Assembly: GCA_965208575.1 (NCBI GenBank)
Contig: CBDBOV010000002.1
Coordinates: forward strand, 576,001 to 640,000
Reading direction: 5' to 3'
From: Spirochaetia bacterium
Lineage (GTDB): Bacteria > Spirochaetota > Spirochaetia > SZUA-6 > Bin103
DNA: 64,000 nt
Of this stretch, positions 57,806 through 64,000 are shown one piece after another. The notes beneath the pieces were generated by a model. That model worked only from the letters and a program-made list of their open reading frames with translations, ran no database searches and was not told where the DNA came from. Both the position numbers and the translations under genes were made by a program. Every line of letters starts with the position of its first letter. Position 1 is the first letter of the stretch.

Positions 57806-58855
57806 TCAGGGAAAGGCGGGCTTTCGCAGGCCGGGGACACCCGCGGCGGGGACGGCGTGGCGCACCGCGTTACGGATCGCCTCGCTGACGCACGCCACCG
57901 CCTGCACGGCGACCAGGTCGAACGGCGCCTCGCGGGTGCCGGCGGCGAGGGCGTAGGCGGCGTCGCCGTCGTGGTCGGTGTGGGCCGGCAGCACCGCGCG
58001 CGCGATACCGTCGTGCGCACGCTGCGCCAGCCGGGCGGCCTGCGGCTTGTTCAGGGTGGCGTCGGTAAGCACCGCGGCCAGGGTGGTGTTGGTGCCGGGA
58101 AACAATTCGCGCCGCGGCAGCCAGCGCTCCGGCGTGGCCGCCGCCAGCCAGCGGCCGTCGGCATCGCGGGCGCCGGCCAGCACGCCGCCGTCCTTGGCCA
58201 CCACGTCGCCCACCGGGTTCGCCACCACCAGCGCGGCCACCCAGGCTCGCTGCGCCCACCGCTCGGCGTAGCCGACGCCGCCCTTCATCATCGCCGCCGG
58301 CCCGGCCCACTTGCCGACGCTCGCGCCGGCGCCGGCGCCGGCGTTGCCCTGCGCGGCCGGCGGCAGCGGCAGCGCGCGCGCCGCCCGGCACGCCGCGTAG
58401 CCCAGCTCCGCGTCGGGATGCGCCGCGCCGCCGGACAGCAGCAGGTCGTAGATCACGCTCGCCGCGACCAGGGGAATCGGCTTCACGGGGGTCGGATGGC
58501 CGACGCCGTGCTCCGCCAGGTAGCGCATCACGCCGTCCGCGGCGGCCAGGCCGAACGCGCTGCCGCCGGTGAACAGCAGCGCGTCCAGGCGGGCGATCGG
58601 CTTGTCCGGCGCCAGCAGATCCGTCTCCCGCGACCCGGGAGCCGGTCCGCGCACGTCCACCCCGGCCACGGTGCCGGGCGGACACAGGATGGCGGTGCAG
58701 CCGGTGTGGTGCTTGCGCCGCTCGGCATGGCCGACCAGGAAGCCGCTCGCGGTGATCGCCGGGACGTGAGGCAGTACGGTCGCCGCGCGACCGGGAAGAC
58801 GCTGGGAACCGATGTCCAGGCCTCGCCCGCCGGCCGGCTCTTGCGGATCAGGCAC
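57806..58855 (-). CDS. P1/S58 (DmpA-like) peptidase
   Basis: GVDVRG.APGSRETDLL, GGSAFGL, GAGAGA, NTTL, HTDHDGD. Confidence 0.88.
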   Translation of the reverse strand: MPDPQEPAGGRGLDIGSQRLPGRAATVLPHVPAITASGFLVGHAERRKHHTGCTAILCPPGTVAGVDVRGPAPGSRETDLLAPDKPIARLDALLFTGGSAFGLAAADGVMRYLAEHGVGHPTPVKPIPLVAASVIYDLLLSGGAAHPDAELGYAACRAARALPLPPAAQGNAGAGAGASVGKWAGPAAMMKGGVGYAERWAQRAWVAALVVANPVGDVVAKDGGVLAGARDADGRWLAAATPERWLPRRELFPGTNTTLAAVLTDATLNKPQAARLAQRAHDGIARAVLPAHTDHDGDAAYALAAGTREAPFDLVAVQAVACVSEAIRNAVRHAVPAAGVPGLRKPAFP

Positions 58856-58867
58856 GATGGGCCTGGG

Positions 58868-59401
58868 TCAGGTGTGCGCGTTCAGCAGTCGCCGCAGGTA
58901 GGTGGCCTGGCCGGTGTGGGCGGCGGTGTCGAGCAGGAAGTGGTCCAGGAACCACCAGCCGGAGCACTCGCGGTCGTTCCAGTTGTAGTAGCGCTTGCCG
59001 GCCCACTGGTTGTGGTGATCTACCACGAACCCGCGCAACGCGTGCCAGGCGCGGTTGAGGTAGGCGACGTGGTCGGCGCCGGTGGGCCCCGGGCCGGCGG
59101 CGGCGCGGTCGAAGTCGAAGGTCAGGAAGCCCCAGCGGTAGGGGCGCCCGGTAGCCGGCTGGAACCCGTCGGGCACCGGAAAGCCGGATTCGTTGAGGTT
59201 TACCGGCACGCGGGCACCGGAGAGCTGTCCGAAACAGAACCAGAACTCGTCCGCGCAGTGACGCACCAACCATCCGATGCCGTTGCGGATGCCGGGCGGG
59301 GTCCACTGCAATTGGGCGGCGTCCAGGTTCGTCGCCTGGCGGGCGAGCCGGCGCTTGAACGACTCCGCTTCGCGTACATACTGAGCAACTCGTTCGTCCA
59401 T
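58868..59401 (-). CDS. DinB-family protein
   Basis: NGIGWLVRH..DE, H...TAAHTGQATYLRR; TACAGT 6 nt upstream. Confidence 0.75.
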   Translation of the reverse strand: MDERVAQYVREAESFKRRLARQATNLDAAQLQWTPPGIRNGIGWLVRHCADEFWFCFGQLSGARVPVNLNESGFPVPDGFQPATGRPYRWGFLTFDFDRAAAGPGPTGADHVAYLNRAWHALRGFVVDHHNQWAGKRYYNWNDRECSGWWFLDHFLLDTAAHTGQATYLRRLLNAHT

Positions 59402-59569
59402 GGCCAGACTGTACCGGGAGGCCGCGCCGGGAGTCACCCGCCTGCCGGCCCGTGGCGCCCGGGGCACCCGGCGGCTGCATGCAAGGTGCGAAACCGGGTT
59501 CCTCCAGGGGCCGTTGGCAACACTATCCACGAGCAAGTCGCCGCGCCAGTCGACACGGCGAAGCGCAAG

Positions 59570-59730
59570 TCCAGGGCACGGCAGACGGAAAAGCAGCGCC
59601 GCCGCGCCGCCGCCGGCGACGTCGCCAGCCTCGTGCAGCGCCAAGTCTCCGGCCACTCCCTCCGCATCGGCACCGCGCAGCGTCTCGCGGCCGCTGGTGC
59701 GAGCGTGCCGGAGCTGATGCAGGCCATTAC
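59570..59730 (+). pseudogene. Cre-like tyrosine recombinase catalytic-region fragment
   Basis: VSGHSLRIGTAQRLAAAGASVPELMQA. Confidence 0.6.
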
Positions 59731-59824
59731 CACGGAAACGACCGCCGCTGGTGGCACCGGCCGAGGGGCTCGCTTTGCCGGCGGGTGACCGGCGCGGGGC
59801 GCTGTGGCATGCTGCGGATACAAC

Positions 59825-60760
59825 ATGCAGCGGTACCTGGTTACCGGCGCGGCGGGCAACCTGGCGCGCCAACTCATGGAGGAACTCGGCAGCAGGGGCA
59901 AGGAGACGTTCGGCATCGACCTGGCGCCCGCCCCCAAGGGACACACGGGCCACTGGCGACAGCTCGACATCACCGACCGCGGCGGCCTGGCGCGGCCGCT
60001 GGAGGAGTTCCAGCCGGAGTGCATCCTGCACATGGCATCGCTGCTGTCGATGTCGTCGGCGGCCGATCCGCGGCGCGCGTGGGAGGTGAACGCCGGCGCG
60101 GCGGTGGCGCTCATGGAGCTGGCGGTGGCGCATGGCGTGCGGCGGTTCTTCTTCCCGAGCACCTCGGCGACCTACGGCGGCGCGCTGCCCGATCCGCTGC
60201 CCGAGGACCACCCGCAGTGGCCGGACAACATCTACGGCGCCACCAAGGTGGCGGTGGAGCGGATGGGCGCCTGCTTCGCCCTGAGCCGCCGCCTCGACTT
60301 CCGCTCCGTGCGCCTGCCGGTCGTGGCCTCGCCGTTCGCGCCTCCGGCCGCGGTCAGCGCCTACGCATCGCACGTGTTCGCCGCCGCCGCGCGCGGCGAG
60401 CCGTTCACCTTCCCGGTGGCGCCGGACGTCGCGGTATCGGTGATCTACGTGCGCGACGTGACCCTCGGCATCCTGAAGCTGGTGGAAGCGCCCGAGGAGC
60501 CGCTGACGCGGCGCGTCTACAATCTGCACGGGTTTGCGGCCAGCGCCGGCGACCTCGCGCAGGCGGCCGCGCAGCGGGTTCCCGGCTTCCGGTACCGCTT
60601 CGAGCCCGCCGACCTGCCCACCCGCATCCTGTCCGTGCAGCCCTCCGTCTACGCCGACGCCGGCGCCCGCCGCGACTGGGGCTGGCAACCCCGCTTCGAC
60701 CTCCCCGCCACCGCCGACGACCTGCTCGCGACTGCGATGGCCACGGCGCAGCCGTGTTGA
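59825..60760 (+). CDS. NAD-dependent epimerase/dehydratase (threonine dehydrogenase-like extended SDR)
   Basis: LVTGAAGNL, HMASLLS, YGATK, DFRSVRLP, DWGW.P.FDL. Confidence 0.85.
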   Translation: MQRYLVTGAAGNLARQLMEELGSRGKETFGIDLAPAPKGHTGHWRQLDITDRGGLARPLEEFQPECILHMASLLSMSSAADPRRAWEVNAGAAVALMELAVAHGVRRFFFPSTSATYGGALPDPLPEDHPQWPDNIYGATKVAVERMGACFALSRRLDFRSVRLPVVASPFAPPAAVSAYASHVFAAAARGEPFTFPVAPDVAVSVIYVRDVTLGILKLVEAPEEPLTRRVYNLHGFAASAGDLAQAAAQRVPGFRYRFEPADLPTRILSVQPSVYADAGARRDWGWQPRFDLPATADDLLATAMATAQPC

Positions 60761-60805
60761 CACGAGCCTTCTGGACAGATAGTACAATAATGGCCAGGAG
60801 GAAGT

Positions 60806-61012
60806 ATGGAACTCAGTGAACTCACCCGCAAGGCAGAGGCCGCAAAGGAACTGAAGGACCCGACGGCGCGGCGCATCGCGTTGCGGGCGATCTTCGCCGC
60901 ATTCACCGATTACCGGATCGGTGCGATCGAGGAGCGGCTCGGCATCACCCACGAGGGGATGGACGACCTGCAGCGGAGCCTCGGGGAGCTCAACGAGAGC
61001 TTCGACCACTGA
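60806..61012 (+). CDS. Small hypothetical helical protein
   Basis: AGGAGG RBS; TTGACA and TACAAT elements upstream. Confidence 0.6.
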   Translation: MELSELTRKAEAAKELKDPTARRIALRAIFAAFTDYRIGAIEERLGITHEGMDDLQRSLGELNESFDH

Positions 61013-61274
61013 GCCGTGGGCGGGGCCGGCGTGCCGCCCCCGCCGCAAGAACGAACAGGAACAAGCGCCGCGTCGACGGGCGCTGCCGAGGTTTGCGGCA
61101 GGCGCAGTCCGCCGCAGCCGTAGCGAGGTTCTGCCTCCCAAGAGCGCATGGCGTGGCCGCACGTACCGGTGGCGCACCGACCGCGCCAACCGCGTGAGGC
61201 TGACCGGAGTGCATGTGCGTACGGTTGCGGTGCGCGCGGATGACAGCGCCGCCGCGGCCTTGCGACAATGACGC

Positions 61275-61605
61275 GTGCGCAAGTTCAATACCGAAGGCCC
61301 CATCCGCGCGGACCGGCACTACCACATCCCACCGCTGACACGCATCGACCTCGACGACGTACTCGGTCTCGTTCGCGATGAGAAGTACTTCGTGCTGCAC
61401 GCGCCGCGGCAGACCGGCAAGACCTCCGTGCTGCTGGCCCTGCGCGACCTGCTCAACTCCGGGCAGGCGGGCGACTTCCGCTGCGTGTACGCCAATGTCG
61501 AGGCCGGCCAGGCGATGCGGGAGAACATCGCCGAGGGCATCCGCACCGTGCTCGCCGAAATTGCGTTTCGGGCGAGCGTGACGCTGAACGACGACACCCT
61601 GAGCG
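61275..61605 (+). pseudogene. AAA-like ATPase N-terminal fragment
   Basis: RKFNTEGP, YFVLHAPRQTGKTS; truncated after about 110 codons. Confidence 0.75.
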
Positions 61606-61635
61606 TTGACCGCGGCCCCCGTTCAGGGTAGGAGT

Positions 61636-62277
61636 GTGAGCGTGGCTGCCGCGACCGAGCCGACCCCGGCGCCGCCGGGCACCCAGGAGGCGCTGTCCTC
61701 CCTGCTGTGCGACGTCCTGCCTCCCCAGGGTGCCTGGGGTGACCGGGAGTACCTGTGGCTGACCGACCAGACCAACCGCCTGATCGAGCTCGCCGGCGGC
61801 CACGTCCAGGAGTTGCCTATGCCGACCGATACCCACCAGGCGGTACTCCTGTTCCTGTACCTGCTGTTCCGTGACTACCTGGGGCAGCGCGGCGGCGTTG
61901 TCAGGGTCGCCGCGCTGCGCATGCGCGTCCGCGAGGGCACCTTCCGGGGGCCCGACGTGCTGCTCCTCCGCGACCGCGCCGACCCGCGCCGCCAGGATCG
62001 CTACTGGTTGGGTGCCGACCTGGTGGTGGAGGTCGTCAGCCCCGATGACCCGGATCGGGACCTGGTGGAGAAGCGCGCCGATTACGCCGCCGCCGGCATC
62101 CCCGAGTACTGGATCGCCGACCCGCGCCACGACACCATCACCGTGCTCACGCTCGCAGGTGACGCCTACGTCGAACACGGCACGTTCGCGCGCGGCGAGG
62201 CGGCCACGTCGCCATCCCTCAAAGGCTTCGCTGCCGACGTCGCGGCAGTCTTCGACGCCCCCGAATCCGGCGCGTAA
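61636..62277 (+). CDS. Uma2-family PD-(D/E)XK endonuclease
   Basis: PDV, ADLVVEVVSP, K..DYAAAGIPEYWIADP. Confidence 0.88.
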   Translation: MSVAAATEPTPAPPGTQEALSSLLCDVLPPQGAWGDREYLWLTDQTNRLIELAGGHVQELPMPTDTHQAVLLFLYLLFRDYLGQRGGVVRVAALRMRVREGTFRGPDVLLLRDRADPRRQDRYWLGADLVVEVVSPDDPDRDLVEKRADYAAAGIPEYWIADPRHDTITVLTLAGDAYVEHGTFARGEAATSPSLKGFAADVAAVFDAPESGA

Positions 62278-62292
62278 GCACCGTCTGCCCGG

Positions 62293-63081
62293 TCAGCGGA
62301 ACAGGTCGGTTTCGAGGGGGCGGGGGATCATGGCGGCGGTGTGCGGGTCGGCGGATTGCACGGGGCCTGCGGCCGGCGGCGGCACGCCCTGGACCAGGGC
62401 GGCGGGGGTAAGCTCGGTCGATTCGCCCATGACCAGGACCGCGGCGGCGGCGATGGCGTCGGCGCGGTTGATCAGCGTGGCCTGCAGTTCGCGGCCGTAG
62501 AGGTCGCGGCTGCCGCGGCGGTCGTCGAGCACGGTGAGGCCGGCGGCGCCGATGGCGATGCCCACGGTGCCGAGCCGCCAGGGCCGGTTGCCGCTGTCGC
62601 TGATCAGCACGCCGACGCGGACGCCGGTGCGGGCGGCGATGGCGCGGCGCAGGCGCGCGGCGGTGGCGTCCGGCGCTTCCGGCAGCAGCAGGGCGGTGGC
62701 CGATCCGCCGTGATCGAGGTTGGACTGGTCGATGCCGGCGTTGGCGCACACCAGGCCGAGCCGGTTGCGGGTGATCAGCACGCCGGAAGCCTTGCGCACC
62801 ACCTCGGTGGACTGGTCGAGGATGAGTTGCACGAGGCGCGGGTCCTTGCCGGTCTCGGCGGCCAGCTCGACGGCAGCGGGGGAGGCTTCGACGCGGTCCA
62901 GTGCTACCTGCCGCCCCTCCGCCTTGGAGACGATCTTCTGGGTCACCACGAGCACGTCGCCGTCCACCGGATGCACGTCCGCCGCGGCCAGCGCCGCCAC
63001 CAGCAGCGCGGCGAGGTCGTCACCCGCCTGCACCAGCGGGATGCCGCGCAGCCCGGTGACGGTGAGGTGGGTGTCAGCCAT
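62293..63081 (-). CDS. cofE: Coenzyme F420-0:L-glutamate ligase
   Basis: [42 protein letters not shown]. Confidence 0.92.
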   Translation of the reverse strand: MADTHLTVTGLRGIPLVQAGDDLAALLVAALAAADVHPVDGDVLVVTQKIVSKAEGRQVALDRVEASPAAVELAAETGKDPRLVQLILDQSTEVVRKASGVLITRNRLGLVCANAGIDQSNLDHGGSATALLLPEAPDATAARLRRAIAARTGVRVGVLISDSGNRPWRLGTVGIAIGAAGLTVLDDRRGSRDLYGRELQATLINRADAIAAAAVLVMGESTELTPAALVQGVPPPAAGPVQSADPHTAAMIPRPLETDLFR

Positions 63082-63092
63082 GGGTCGGGTCG

Positions 63093-64000
63093 CTAGCCCT
63101 GGCCCACCAGCTTGATGCCGGCGTGGCTGATCGGGTGGCGGCGGTTGATCTGAATCAGCACGCTGGTCAGCGCCTCCGCGGCGGCGGCGTTGTCGATCGG
63201 GCCGGCGTGCCAGCCGGTCATGCCGGCCGCTCGTACCAGCTCGATCACCTTGTCGCGCGCCGCCTTCTTGTTGCCGGCCACCAGCACGTCGCACTCGATG
63301 TCGACTTCCTGCTGCAGCAGGTGGGCCGCGACGTTCTGGAACGCGGACACCACCATGACACCGTCGCCGAGAAACTCCTGCGCGCGCTTGCCGGCCGATC
63401 CCTCGGCGGGAAGCTGCACGGTGCCCACCCTGGGCGGCACCAGGGGAACCGTGACGTCGATCACGATCTTGCCGCCCAGGCTCGCCCGCACGCCGGCCAG
63501 GGTGGCGACCTGGTGCGCGGCCGGTACGGTGAGCACCACGATGTCGGCGGCCTCGGCGGCGGCCGCGTTGGTGGCCGCGCGGGCGGTGGTGTCGGGATGG
63601 CGCCGCCGCAGGTCGGCCAGCGCCGCCTGCGCCTTTGCCAGCGTGCGCGAGCCGATCACCACCGGGTAGCCGGCCCGCGACCAGCGCCCGGCCAGGCCGG
63701 TGCCCAGGTCGCCGGTGCCGCCGAGAATGGCGATGGACTCGCGGCGAGGCGATTCGGTTCCGGTGGGCGAATCGCGTGCAGCGGTGCCCAGGTCGCCGGT
63801 GCCGCCGAGAATGGCGATGGTTTCCCGGCGAGGCGATTCGGCTCCGGCCTGGGAGTCGCGCGGGGCGGTTTGCGCGGCCGCCGGCGTCCCGGCGTCACCA
63901 CCGTGCCCGCCGGCCCGCGAGTCCCCGCCGGCCGGCGCCGGCGAGCCGTCGTTCCCGCTCTTTCCGGAGACGGCCCGGCCGCGGGCCGGCCCGGTGAAGA
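63093..64000 (-). CDS. npdG: NADPH-dependent F420 reductase; frame open to the window edge (long N-terminal extension or fusion)
   Basis: IAILGGTGDLGTGLA.RW, IGSR, DVTVPL, GSAG, VVSAFQNV; no stop upstream to 64000. Confidence 0.88.
   Translation of the reverse strand, partial: FTGPARGRAVSGKSGNDGSPAPAGGDSRAGGHGGDAGTPAAAQTAPRDSQAGAESPRRETIAILGGTGDLGTAARDSPTGTESPRRESIAILGGTGDLGTGLAGRWSRAGYPVVIGSRTLAKAQAALADLRRRHPDTTARAATNAAAAEAADIVVLTVPAAHQVATLAGVRASLGGKIVIDVTVPLVPPRVGTVQLPAEGSAGKRAQEFLGDGVMVVSAFQNVAAHLLQQEVDIECDVLVAGNKKAARDKVIELVRAAGMTGWHAGPIDNAAAAEALTSVLIQINRRHPISHAGIKLVGQG

Noticed and set aside
58868-61303. 811-aa minus-strand ORF
   Set aside because: Only the last 177 codons (DinB) look like protein; the rest is antisense to the epimerase and neighbours, a high-GC shadow frame
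1-64000. tRNA/rRNA genes
   Set aside because: No cloverleaf or rRNA-like sequence recognised; a tRNAscan-SE or Infernal run would be needed to exclude them formally

Overview
High-GC bacterial chromosome segment. Protein styles suggest a Spirochaetota-like, possibly host-associated organism; this is inference only. The housekeeping backbone comprises ppk1, divergent ROK kinase-ppx, a MoxR/DUF58/DUF4129 operon, two near-identical GH95 glycosidases, a GH31 glycosidase, a peptide ABC importer, an aldolase-like gene, a P1 peptidase and cofE-npdG (F420). It is interleaved with about 12 toxin-antitoxin modules (several with a broken toxin), a group II intron with an intact RT, and many short orphan gene fragments. 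The most unusual signals are: (i) a nadB internal fragment inserted into nadC between 11-bp direct repeats 968 bp apart, with no mobile-element ends; (ii) an accordion-like TA array in which the ppk1 3' end and its neighbours are reiterated three times; (iii) a 12,082-bp unit bounded by GH95 copies with an almost identical core but diverged ends; (iv) an ~83-bp tandem array built on a leaderless promoter; (v) a ConA-like/nucleoside-deoxyribosyltransferase-like fusion gene; (vi) pervasive leaderless gene starts. All family calls come from motif recognition by eye, not from database searches.
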